Source: an uncultured Bacilli bacterium (GTDB lineage Bacteria; Bacillota_I; Bacilli_A; RF39; UBA660). From it: a stretch of 49,294 bases of DNA. Each line of letters begins with the position of its first letter. The first letter of the stretch is position 1. Both the position numbers and the translations under genes were made by a program. The notes below the pieces were generated by a model, which ran no database searches, was not told the DNA's origin, and saw only the letters and a program-made list of their open reading frames with translations. The stretch is from the NCBI GenBank assembly GCA_944332695.1, contig CALVKL010000002.1:1-49294 (forward strand), given 5' to 3'. Shown in pieces: positions 39,293 to 47,306 of this stretch.

Positions 39293-39360
39293 ATAACTCT
39301 TCCTTTCTAAATGCTTTAAGCCCATACTAAATTTAGTACAGGCTTAAGGCTAAATATTAA

Positions 39361-39729
39361 TTATTTTAATTCAACAGTTGCGCCAGCTTCTTCAAACTTA
39401 GCTTTTAATTCATTAGCTTCTTCTACAGCAATGTTTTCTTTAACAGCTCCACCGTTATCAGCTAAATCCTTAGCTTCTTTTAATCCTAAACCAGTGATAT
39501 CACGTACTAATTTGATAACAGCAATTTTATTAGGTCCAGCAGCAGTTAATGTTAAAGTAACAGTTGAAGGTCCTTCTTCGCTAGCTTGTGCTACAGGTGC
39601 AGCAGCAACAGCTACAGCAGATGGATCTACACCAAATTCCTCCTTCATTGCATCTACTAATTCTTTAACTTCAAGAATTGTCATTTCTTTTAATCCGCTA
39701 ATAAATTCTTCTTTTGTAAATTTTGCCAT
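39361..39729 (-). CDS. rplL: 50S ribosomal protein L7/L12
   Basis: An Ala/Pro hinge, and C-terminal [22 protein letters not shown]...[10 protein letters not shown]. Confidence 0.97.
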   Translation of the reverse strand: MAKFTKEEFISGLKEMTILEVKELVDAMKEEFGVDPSAVAVAAAPVAQASEEGPSTVTLTLTAAGPNKIAVIKLVRDITGLGLKEAKDLADNGGAVKENIAVEEANELKAKFEEAGATVELK

Positions 39730-39745
39730 TTATAATCATTCCTTT

Positions 39746-40237
39746 CTATTTTTCTAAATCTTTGCTATATAAATCTAAGCAAATTGATAAATCTTTTACA
39801 ACACCCATTAAACCAGATGCTAACATAGTAAGTAATCCTTCTCTTGATGGAATACTTGCTAATTGTTTCAACATAGCACTATCAGCGATAGTTCCATCAA
39901 CATATCCTATTTTCATAACTAATGCTGGATGGTTTTTAGCAAATTCGCTCAATGCTTTGATTGGTTCAACCGCATCAGTACCAAACGCAATTGCTTTAGG
40001 ACCGTTTAATTCACTATCCATATCGATATTTAAACTATCCATTGCTCTTTTTACCAAAGTATTTTTATATACTTTGTAACTAGAACCTGATTCTTTTAAT
40101 TTTCTTCTTAATTCAACTGTTTCATTAACTGTTAAACCATGATATTCAAATAAAACAACAGAAGCAGATTCTTTAATTTTATCAACTATTTCTTTTACTG
40201 TTTCTTGTTTTTTTGCAATAATCTTTTGATTTGCCAT
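39746..40237 (-). CDS. rplJ: 50S ribosomal protein L10
   Basis: VVLFEYHGLTVNETVELRRKLKESG..YKVYKNTL. It precedes rplL. Confidence 0.95.
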   Translation of the reverse strand: MANQKIIAKKQETVKEIVDKIKESASVVLFEYHGLTVNETVELRRKLKESGSSYKVYKNTLVKRAMDSLNIDMDSELNGPKAIAFGTDAVEPIKALSEFAKNHPALVMKIGYVDGTIADSAMLKQLASIPSREGLLTMLASGLMGVVKDLSICLDLYSKDLEK

Positions 40238-40370
40238 CTTGCACCTCCTTTTATCAATACCGTATAAAAAATGCTCTATACCAATAGAGCACTTAAAAAA
40301 ACTTTTTTCTAAGTCCTCGGTAGGAATTTAAGTCTACTAGACACCTACTGTCTACGGTACTTCACACAAC
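40238..40370 (-). promoter_or_regulatory. rplJ (L10) leader with an attenuator hairpin
   Basis: Structured 5' UTR between the promoter and the rplJ ATG. GC-rich paired segments (AGTAGG...CCTAC) are followed by TGCTCTAT (40272-40279) pairing with ATAGAGCA (40284-40291), then T6 on the minus strand. This layout is typical of Firmicute L10 leaders. Confidence 0.6.
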
Positions 40371-40376
40371 AAACTA

Positions 40377-40405
40377 ATTATATCATATTATTTATTACTT
40401 GTCAA
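40377..40405 (-). promoter_or_regulatory. SigmaA promoter for rplJ-rplL, with its -35 inside the rplA 3' end
   Basis: Minus strand TTGACA (40400-40405), 17-bp spacer, TGA-TATAAT extended -10 (40377-40385). Confidence 0.7.
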
Positions 40406-41090
40406 AACTATTTGTATCAATTTTAATACCAGGACCCATTGTTGTAGCAATACTTATGTTTTTAACATATGTACCTTTTACAGCAGTTGGTTTAGTTTTT
40501 AAAATCAATGAGACAAAGGCATTTAAATTTTCAAGTAATTGTTTAGAATCAAAACTTACTTTACCAATTATAACGTGAACATTACCGAATGAGTCAGTAC
40601 GATATTCGATTCTTCCTTGTTTTACTTCGTTAACAGCTTTAGCCACATCCATAGTTACTGTTCCGGTCTTAGGATTAGGCATTAAACCTTTTGGCCCTAA
40701 AACCTTACCTAATTTACCTAGAGCTGGCATCATATCCGGAGTTGCGATTAAAACATCAAAATCAAACCAATTTTCTTTTTCGATTTTTTCTAAATAATCA
40801 GTATCTCCTACATAATCAGCTCCTGCTTCTTTTGCTTCAGTAGCTTTTGGACCTTTAGTGATAACTAAAATCTTTTTAGTTTTACCTGTACCATTTGGTA
40901 AACAAATAGTACCTCTTAATTGTTGATCAGCTTTTTTAGTATCTAAATTTAAATTCATAGCTAATTCAACTGAAGCATCAAATTTAGTTGTTGATGTCTT
41001 TTTTACTAAATCAATTGCTTCTTCTTTAGTATATAATCTATTTTTTTCTACTAACTTGGCAGCCTCAACATATTTTTTACCTTTCTTCAT
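40395..41090 (-). CDS. rplA: 50S ribosomal protein L1
   Basis: [14 protein letters not shown]... and typical L1 segments ([39 protein letters not shown]). I prefer the ATG at 41090, preceded by AAGGAGGT. The track start at 41132 lies inside a leader hairpin. Confidence 0.96.
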   Translation of the reverse strand: MKKGKKYVEAAKLVEKNRLYTKEEAIDLVKKTSTTKFDASVELAMNLNLDTKKADQQLRGTICLPNGTGKTKKILVITKGPKATEAKEAGADYVGDTDYLEKIEKENWFDFDVLIATPDMMPALGKLGKVLGPKGLMPNPKTGTVTMDVAKAVNEVKQGRIEYRTDSFGNVHVIIGKVSFDSKQLLENLNAFVSLILKTKPTAVKGTYVKNISIATTMGPGIKIDTNSFDK

Positions 41091-41102
41091 TTTTACCTCC
41101 TT

Positions 41103-41132
41103 ATGTGGTCTAGCGGATTTTTCCTCCCACAT
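41103..41132 (-). promoter_or_regulatory. Putative L1-binding mRNA mimic immediately upstream of rplA
   Basis: The RNA AUGUGGGAGGAAAAAUCCGCUAGACCACAU has a closing helix AUGUGG/CCACAU around GGGAGG. It resembles the 23S rRNA L1-stalk sequence GGUGGGAGGC...ACCACC and abuts the RBS. Confidence 0.5.
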
Positions 41133-41389
41133 AGAATTAATCTATGAGAGTATAAACTATCCATGATGACAAATAAATTACTGTTATTACTAACAGAACA
41201 ACACCAATTACAATCAAAATTACTTTTAACAAACCAAGTCTTTGATTAGTTATGATTTGGTAATAAAAAGCTAGTAAAAGATTGTAATATACTACCAATG
41301 TTTTTTTGTTGGAATTAATTGAAAAACAATGGTAGTTAAATGTCAGCGTGAATTTTCAAAGCAATTTTTCTAAGAAAAATTATGCTTTA

Positions 41390-41812
41390 TTATTTTACTT
41401 CAATTCCCATATTTAAAGCTGTACCTTCAACAATTTTCATTGCGTCTTCCAAAGTATTAGCATTTAAATCTGGTAATTTTGTTTCAGCAATTTCTTTAAC
41501 TTGATCTTTAGTTAATGATCCAACTATTTCATTTTTGCCTTTAGCTGAACCTGCTTTTACTTTAGCAGCTTTTTTAATCAAGAAAGCAGCTGGTGGGGTT
41601 TTAACTACGAAATCGAAACTTCTATCATCATATATAGTAATTTCAACTGGTAATACATCTCCCATTTTATCTTTGGTTGCATCGTTATATTTTGTACAAA
41701 ATTCTTGTAGGTTAATTCCTTTTGGACCTAAAACAGTACCAACTGGTGGCGCTGGTGTCGCTTTACCTGCTTGAATTTGTAATTTTACTTTACTTGCTAT
41801 TTGTTTTGCCAC
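41390..41812 (-). CDS. rplK: 50S ribosomal protein L11
   Basis: [35 protein letters not shown] prefer the GTG at 41812, preceded by GAAAGGAGAG. The track start at 41884 lies in the leader. Confidence 0.96.
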   Translation of the reverse strand: MAKQIASKVKLQIQAGKATPAPPVGTVLGPKGINLQEFCTKYNDATKDKMGDVLPVEITIYDDRSFDFVVKTPPAAFLIKKAAKVKAGSAKGKNEIVGSLTKDQVKEIAETKLPDLNANTLEDAMKIVEGTALNMGIEVK

Positions 41813-41841
41813 GAAAAACACTCTCCTTTCTTTTTTCGCGT

Positions 41842-41884
41842 TGTGGTTATAATGATTATCCGCTAACAAATCAATCTCCCACAT
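41842..41884 (-). promoter_or_regulatory. Putative L1-binding mRNA mimic upstream of rplK
   Basis: The RNA AUGUGGGAGAUUGAUUUGUUAGCGGAUAAUCAUUAUAACCACA has the same AUGUGGGAG...CCACA frame as the rplA site, with an inserted inner hairpin (UGAUU/AAUCA). Confidence 0.5.
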
Positions 41885-41910
41885 CTATATAAAAAATATA
41901 TAGCTTTTTA

Positions 41911-41939
41911 ATAATACCATAATTTTTTATATTTGTAAA
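41911..41939 (-). promoter_or_regulatory. SigmaA promoter for rplK
   Basis: Minus strand TTTACA (41934-41939), 17-bp spacer ending in TGG, then TATTAT (41911-41916). Confidence 0.55.
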
Positions 41940-41943
41940 TATT

Positions 41944-42477
41944 TTATGCTTTAGAAATTTGAGTTAATTCCAACTCAACATTTGTTTCTTGACCAAACAA
42001 GTCTAATGTTACTTCTAATTGTTGTTTTTCAAAATTAATACTTGCAACTTTACCATACATATTAGTAAATGGTCCATCAATTACTTTAACTTTATCGCCA
42101 ATTTGTAATTCATTAGCAATATCTAATCTGCTCATACCCATTGATCCTAATATTTTATCTACTTCTGCGGGAGTTAGTGGAAACGGTTTAGCCCCTTTAC
42201 CACTACTTCCAATAAAGCCAGTTACCCCTGGCGTGTTTCTTACAACAAACCATGCTTCATCTGTCATAATCATTTCAACTAATATATATCCTGGAAACAT
42301 TTTTTTTACTTTTTCTTTTTTGACTCCATCTTTATATTCAACTTCTGTTTGTTCAGGCACTACCACTCTAAAGATGTAATCTTCTAGTCCCATACTAGAA
42401 GCACGCATCTCTAATTTTTCTTTAACTTTACTTTCATGTCCTGAATAAGTGTTTACTACGTACCATTCTTTTTCCAT
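41944..42477 (-). CDS. nusG: Transcription termination/antitermination factor NusG
   Basis: WYVVNTYSGHESKVKEKL, and a KOW segment GDKVKVIDGPFTNMYGKV. Confidence 0.96.
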   Translation of the reverse strand: MEKEWYVVNTYSGHESKVKEKLEMRASSMGLEDYIFRVVVPEQTEVEYKDGVKKEKVKKMFPGYILVEMIMTDEAWFVVRNTPGVTGFIGSSGKGAKPFPLTPAEVDKILGSMGMSRLDIANELQIGDKVKVIDGPFTNMYGKVASINFEKQQLEVTLDLFGQETNVELELTQISKA

Positions 42478-42737
42478 TATCTCACCAACATTTTAATTCC
42501 AGCAATAATTAAATCACCTAAAGTAAAGAATAAAGCAAAGAAAATAATAAAAGATAATGTTGCAATAGAATATTTAATCATTTCTTTTTTTAAAGGCCAA
42601 CGAACTTTACTCATTTCGTTTTTAACTTCTTTAAAAAATGATTCCTTTTTTACTTTTTTTGTGTTTTTAACTTTTTTTAATTTTTCCTTTTTGGTTGTTT
42701 TTGATTTTTTAGTATTTTTTTCATCTTTTTTATTCAT
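42477..42737 (-). CDS. secE: Preprotein translocase subunit SecE with a Lys-rich N-terminal extension
   Basis: C-terminal FFKEVKNEMSKVRWPLKKEMIKYSIATLSFIIFFALFF is the canonical SecE core. It precedes nusG with a 1-nt overlap. Confidence 0.88.
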   Translation of the reverse strand: MNKKDEKNTKKSKTTKKEKLKKVKNTKKVKKESFFKEVKNEMSKVRWPLKKEMIKYSIATLSFIIFFALFFTLGDLIIAGIKMLVR

Positions 42738-42799
42738 AATTCACCTCTTAATTGTATGAAATTTTTTCAAAATAAAAACACCTTTTTGTGTTTAAATAA

Positions 42800-42828
42800 A
42801 TATTATCACATATTTATTTATTTGTCAA
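42800..42828 (-). promoter_or_regulatory. SigmaA promoter for secE-nusG
   Basis: Minus strand TTGACA (42823-42828), 17-bp spacer, TAATAT (42800-42805). The predicted 5' end falls at a hairpin AAACAC/GTGTTT (42776-42793). Confidence 0.55.
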
Positions 42829-42902
42829 TTGTTTTATTAGTATTTATATAATCAATTCATGATAATGTTGTTAAAGTTCAAAAGACATCAAGAAAAAAGG
42901 AA

Positions 42903-44261
42903 CTATATTTCAAAATAAAATGTCGTTCCTTTATTTATTTTACTTTCAACTCCATATTTAAAATTATGACTTTCTAAAACTGTCTTAACAATCGATAATC
43001 CAATACCCGTTCCAATAACATTACGTTTATGTTTTTTCTTAGAATGATAATATTTATCCCAAATATGCGTCAATTCTTCTTTTTTTATGCCTCTGCCTGT
43101 ATCTTTAATTTCAACTCTAACTTTTTTATTAACTAAAACATTAATTATTACCCTGTTATCTTTTCCTGTATAATTAATAGCATTATTAATTAAATTATAG
43201 ATAACTTGTTCTATTTTCTTTTTATCAGCATTAATTACAACTTTATTAGGAGTATTTACCTCAAATATATAACCTTCTGTATCTTTATAAATACTATATC
43301 TTTTAATGATATTGTTAATCAATTCTACTAAGTCAAAGTCTTCTTTATTTAAAATATCTTTATTAGCTTGAATTTTTGATAACGTTAATAAATCGTTTAC
43401 CAAAATATTCAATCGTTCTGATTCTTCAATAATAACATTTAAATTGGCATTTCTCTTTTCAATGTTATCATAATTTAAGTCTCTTATCATTTCAGCATAA
43501 CCTTTAATCATGGTAAGTGGTGTTTTTAAATCATGAGAAATGTTAGCTAATAAATCTCTTCTTAATTCATCAGTTGCTTCTAATTCTTTTTTTGCGTAAT
43601 TTAATGTGTTAGCTAACTCATCTATTTCATAAATGTTTGAATTATTATCAAATGAAAAATCGTAGTTACCATTAGCAAGTTTCTTGGCTTTTTCATTCAT
43701 TTTTTCAATTGGTTTGCTAATTCTTTTTGATATAAAATAACCAATAATAAGTGATAAAAGAATAACAATAATTGAGACAATAATTAATTGATTAGATAAT
43801 ATACTAATAGTATTATTAAGTGGTTCTAAAGAAGCGTTGACGAAAATAACAATATCATCACTATATCTTTTGGCATAAATTAAAGCTTTAGTGTCAATCA
43901 AAGGATGAATTAATTTATATGTTTGCTCGCTTAAATTACTATTATAAAAATCACTTTTGTATTTATTATTGTTAAGACATCCACGAATAGAATCATTAGA
44001 GCTATAAATAGTCATTCTATTTTTCACAACTTCGATACATATATTTTCTTCAATTGATAATTTATCTAAGTATTCAATATCAGTGTTATAATTTTTTAAT
44101 ATTTCATTCGTAATATTTTTTATCTGATTGGTTTTGCTATATTCATAATAAGTGTTTATAAATACTACTTGAAAAAACCACAGAAACAAAATAATTGATA
44201 TTGTAAATAAGATTAAATAAGCCCAAATATGTCTTTTCAATTTGTTTTTACTTGATTTCAA
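42903..44261 (-). CDS. Sensor histidine kinase (two TM helices, HAMP, HisKA, HATPase_c)
   Basis: H-box ISHDLKTPLT, N-box IYNLINNAINYT, and G-boxes DTGRGI and GTGIGLSIV. Confidence 0.9.
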   Translation of the reverse strand: MKSSKNKLKRHIWAYLILFTISIILFLWFFQVVFINTYYEYSKTNQIKNITNEILKNYNTDIEYLDKLSIEENICIEVVKNRMTIYSSNDSIRGCLNNNKYKSDFYNSNLSEQTYKLIHPLIDTKALIYAKRYSDDIVIFVNASLEPLNNTISILSNQLIIVSIIVILLSLIIGYFISKRISKPIEKMNEKAKKLANGNYDFSFDNNSNIYEIDELANTLNYAKKELEATDELRRDLLANISHDLKTPLTMIKGYAEMIRDLNYDNIEKRNANLNVIIEESERLNILVNDLLTLSKIQANKDILNKEDFDLVELINNIIKRYSIYKDTEGYIFEVNTPNKVVINADKKKIEQVIYNLINNAINYTGKDNRVIINVLVNKKVRVEIKDTGRGIKKEELTHIWDKYYHSKKKHKRNVIGTGIGLSIVKTVLESHNFKYGVESKINKGTTFYFEI

Positions 44262-44904
44262 ATTTATATCCCATTCCTCGAACCGTTTGAATTAAATTAC
44301 GATAATTACCTAAGTTGTTTCTTAACATTTTAATATGAGTATCAACAGTTCGATCATCTCCAAAAAAGTCATATCCCCAAATTTTTGATAGTAATTCTTC
44401 TCTTGATAAAGCAATATTTTTATTATTTATAAAATAAACTAATAAGTCATATTCTTTTGGTGTTAATTTTAGTTCTTTATCATCAATATATACCACATGA
44501 CCTTTAAAATCAACTTTTAAATCTTGATAAATATATACATCATCTAAATTGTTGAATCTTTTGGTTACTGCTTTAATACGAGCGATTAATTCTTTTGGAC
44601 TAAAAGGCTTAGTAACATAATCATCAACACCTAAATCAAAACCAACTAATTTATCATATTCTTCATTTCGTGCAGATAAAACAATAGTAGGAATATTGTA
44701 TTTTTTTATTTCTTTATAAGCCGTTAGACCGTCCATTTCTGGCATCATTATATCTAATACTACTACATCAATTTTATTATTTTTAATTATTTCTAGTGCT
44801 TTTTTTCCATTACTTGCTTCTAAAACTTCATAGTTTTCATTTAAACAATATTCTTTAATTAACAATCTAATTCTTTCTTCATCATCTACTACTAAAACAG
44901 TCAT
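44248..44904 (-). CDS. OmpR-family response regulator
   Basis: Receiver domain (VLVVDDE, VVLDIMMPEMDG, KPF) and a winged-helix output (LTPKEYDLL...RTVDTHIKMLR...VRGMGYKF). Confidence 0.92.
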   Translation of the reverse strand: MTVLVVDDEERIRLLIKEYCLNENYEVLEASNGKKALEIIKNNKIDVVVLDIMMPEMDGLTAYKEIKKYNIPTIVLSARNEEYDKLVGFDLGVDDYVTKPFSPKELIARIKAVTKRFNNLDDVYIYQDLKVDFKGHVVYIDDKELKLTPKEYDLLVYFINNKNIALSREELLSKIWGYDFFGDDRTVDTHIKMLRNNLGNYRNLIQTVRGMGYKFEIK

Positions 44905-44950
44905 AGCTTCACCTCAATAATTATTATACAATATATTTGTGAAATGTAAA

Positions 44951-44977
44951 TGAAAAAAAGGTTTTTTTAAAACCTTT
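44951..44977 (-). terminator. Intrinsic terminator after the FMN-binding lipoprotein gene
   Basis: AAAGGTTTT (44957-44965) pairs with AAAACCTTT (44969-44977). A T-run follows on the minus strand. It overlaps the stop codon. Confidence 0.6.
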
Positions 44978-45428
44978 ATTTAGCTTTATTTAAAGCGTCT
45001 TCTAATGCTTTATATAATGCATCAATCTTAATAGTACATCTACTTACAGCATCAGTATAACCATCTTCATCTAAATTTAAGAAATCAATGCCTTGATTTT
45101 CAACAACAGCCTTTTCTAATGCTTCAACTTGTTCATACCATTCAGCTCCACCTTCAATAGCTCCTTTGTTAGCAGAAACACCTTTCATTCCATATGCATC
45201 ACCTAATGTTTTCTTAGTAGTTTCTACTCCGTCTTTGGTATAAGTTGTGTCTAAATAAACTGAAGTAATTTTTCCTTCTGAATCGATTGTTATTTTAGCA
45301 GTAGCTGTATTTTCAGCGCCACCATAATTATCAACCGCGCTGCCTTCAAAAGTACCTTCTTTTAATTTATCACTACCACATCCAGTTAATAAAACTGCCA
45401 TTAAAACAAAAACTAATATCTTCTTCAT
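44976..45428 (-). CDS. FMN-binding-domain lipoprotein (atypical flavinylation motif)
   Basis: Lipobox LLTGC. GTFEGSA...AKITIDSEGKITSVYLD and the C-terminal TDAVSRCTIKIDALYKALEDAL match the FMN_bind layout. SRCT occupies the position of the usual SGAT. Confidence 0.65.
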   Translation of the reverse strand: MKKILVFVLMAVLLTGCGSDKLKEGTFEGSAVDNYGGAENTATAKITIDSEGKITSVYLDTTYTKDGVETTKKTLGDAYGMKGVSANKGAIEGGAEWYEQVEALEKAVVENQGIDFLNLDEDGYTDAVSRCTIKIDALYKALEDALNKAK

Positions 45429-45460
45429 TATATCTCCTCCTATCGTAATTAAATTATATA

Positions 45461-45970
45461 TTAAAAATTTTCGACAAGCAAGTTTCGTTCGTAAAATTTG
45501 ACTAATTGTTTACAAATTAATCCAACCAAAATACCAGTGGGAATTGAAAATAATAATAACCATGGCAAGTAATAAATCATTGAGCTCATTTGTAAAATCA
45601 AAATTGACGCCAATACTTGACCAGTACTATGAGCTATCGAGCCGATAACGCTGACGCCAATAATTGATAATTTTAAATATTTTTTAGCAAAATACATAGA
45701 AATAATACTTAATAATACACCTGTTAAGCTAAAAAAGAAAGTAGTACTAAAGATACCTGTTCTTAAGATACCTACTAAAAAAACCCGTAAAATACCAATG
45801 TATAAAGCATCTTTAAAACTAAATTGATATATAATAAACAATGTAACAATATTAGCCAGCCCTAATCTTAACCCAGGAATATAACCATTTAATAAAGGTA
45901 AACTTGTTTCAATGACATTTAAAGCGACTGATAGTGCTAATAACATTGAAAGTCTTGTAAATTTTTTCAT
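45461..45970 (-). CDS. Gx transporter family / heptaprenyl-diphosphate-synthase-component-I-like membrane protein
   Basis: 169-aa polytopic protein (LPGLRLGLANIVTLF...). It sits between the NusG-domain-II protein and the FMN-binding protein, a recurrent Firmicute arrangement. Confidence 0.55.
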   Translation of the reverse strand: MKKFTRLSMLLALSVALNVIETSLPLLNGYIPGLRLGLANIVTLFIIYQFSFKDALYIGILRVFLVGILRTGIFSTTFFFSLTGVLLSIISMYFAKKYLKLSIIGVSVIGSIAHSTGQVLASILILQMSSMIYYLPWLLLFSIPTGILVGLICKQLVKFYERNLLVENF

Positions 45971-46338
45971 TAACTCACCTCAGTATCTATTTCAGTATTT
46001 GGTAATTCAATAATTATTTTATTTGGTAAACAAATAATGGATTGCCCAGAATTAGAAATGAATCCTTGTTTTGAACACAAATGACGAGGACTATTTTCTT
46101 CAATTACTCTTATTTGATTATTTAAAACCTCTATTTTAACTATTCCATTTTCCCCATTTACTTCATATATTTCATCATTACTTAAATCGATTGTTAAAAT
46201 TAAATCATTTTCATAATATACATAAGCCATATTAGCTTTATTTGTATTTAGAAAGTAAATTAAAAATAAGATAATAATTATTATTAAAATAATTATTATT
46301 AATTTTATATCATTTTTATTCATATCTAAAACCGTCAC
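45970..46338 (-). CDS. NusG domain II-containing (DUF1312-like) membrane-anchored protein
   Basis: 122 aa with an N-terminal TM helix and a beta-rich body ending in SPRHLCSKQGFISNSGQSIICLPNKI (Cys-containing motif). The call is by context and size. Confidence 0.5.
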   Translation of the reverse strand: MTVLDMNKNDIKLIIIILIIIIILFLIYFLNTNKANMAYVYYENDLILTIDLSNDEIYEVNGENGIVKIEVLNNQIRVIEENSPRHLCSKQGFISNSGQSIICLPNKIIIELPNTEIDTEVS

Positions 46339-47245
46339 TTTTTATTATTTCATTATCATTTGTAAACCAAATAACATCAACATCATAATCTTTAATAAAT
46401 TCTTTACCATCTTCAGCACTCATCAAGAAAAGAATCGTTGATAAAGCATCACACATTCCACTATCTTTTCCAATTACTGTCACACTTTTCATATAATTAG
46501 CTGGATATTTAGTATGAGGATCGATTATATGGTGGTATAAAACTCCTTCATATTCATAAAATCTTTCATATCCCCCACTAGTCACAACACTAATATTTTC
46601 TCCTTTTATAATTTCAAATGTTTCATTTTCATTAATTGGACTAGCAATTCCAATGTTATAAAAGCCTTTAAAACTTTTCCCTGTTTTAACATTCCCACCG
46701 GCATTAATAATATAGTATTCTAAATCATTTTCTTCTAAATAATTACCAGCCAATTCAGTAACATAGCCTTTAGCAATTGAACCCAAATCAATTGATACCT
46801 TATCATTATTAATTTGATCATTTTCAATATTTATTTTGTTTATTTCGATATCTTCAACATTTGGTAATTCTTTAGGATTTTCTCTAAAATCATGCCATAA
46901 TTTGGTTAAATTACCAATATTTATATTTAGTAAGCCATTGCTTTTATCATACCAATCAGCACCTATTTTGATTAAATTAAATAATTCAGGAGAAATTTCA
47001 GTACTGACATCCTTATTTAATTTAGATAATTCGCTGTTTTCGTCATAAAAATTAGTTAATTTTTCATATTTTTGATATATTTTTTCGATCTCGTCAAAAG
47101 CTTGATTAACTCTTTCTTGATTGTTATTGTAAATTTTTATATTAATAACAGTATCCATATAAAATAAATTTTTACTATAATATTTTTGATTATTACATCC
47201 TGTTAAACATAATAATAAAGTTAAAACTATAACTACTTTCTTCAT
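46316..47245 (-). CDS. apbE: FAD:protein FMN transferase (ApbE family) lipoprotein
   Basis: Lipobox CLTGC at the preferred ATG 47245 (MKKVVIVLTLLLCLTGC, RBS GGTGAA). Family segments include FYMDTVINIK, DLGSIAKGY, INAGGN, VVTSGGYERF, HHIIDP and CDALST. Confidence 0.85.
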   Translation of the reverse strand: MKKVVIVLTLLLCLTGCNNQKYYSKNLFYMDTVINIKIYNNNQERVNQAFDEIEKIYQKYEKLTNFYDENSELSKLNKDVSTEISPELFNLIKIGADWYDKSNGLLNINIGNLTKLWHDFRENPKELPNVEDIEINKINIENDQINNDKVSIDLGSIAKGYVTELAGNYLEENDLEYYIINAGGNVKTGKSFKGFYNIGIASPINENETFEIIKGENISVVTSGGYERFYEYEGVLYHHIIDPHTKYPANYMKSVTVIGKDSGMCDALSTILFLMSAEDGKEFIKDYDVDVIWFTNDNEIIKSDGFRYE

Positions 47246-47306
47246 TGTATTCACCAGATTAATTATAGCATTATAAATTAAGAAAAACAAGTTATAAAAA
47301 AAGAAG

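Noticed and set aside
39319-39344. Hairpin after rplL (AGCCTGTACTA/TAGTATGGGCT on the minus strand, containing the 14-nt palindrome TACTAAATTTAGTA)
   Set aside because: The stem is real, with two G-U pairs that work only on the minus strand. No U-run follows and it overlaps the methyltransferase RBS region, so calling it a terminator is not justified. It may simply be a processing or stability element.
39431-40079. Plus-strand ORFs of 108 and 118 aa
   Set aside because: They are antisense to rplL and rplJ. Their Ala/Ser/Thr-rich mirror composition reflects the highly expressed ribosomal genes.
41091-41132. N-terminal extensions proposed by the ORF track: rpl[15 protein letters not shown], and likewise rplK 41813-41884, nusB 11244-11339, rpoB 38635-38670, the methyltransferase 39293-39325, apbE 47246-47290, and mnmA 5957-5974
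   Set aside because: In each case an internal start with a good Shine-Dalgarno sequence reproduces the canonical N-terminus of the family. For rplA and rplK the upstream ATG is part of the leader RNA helix.
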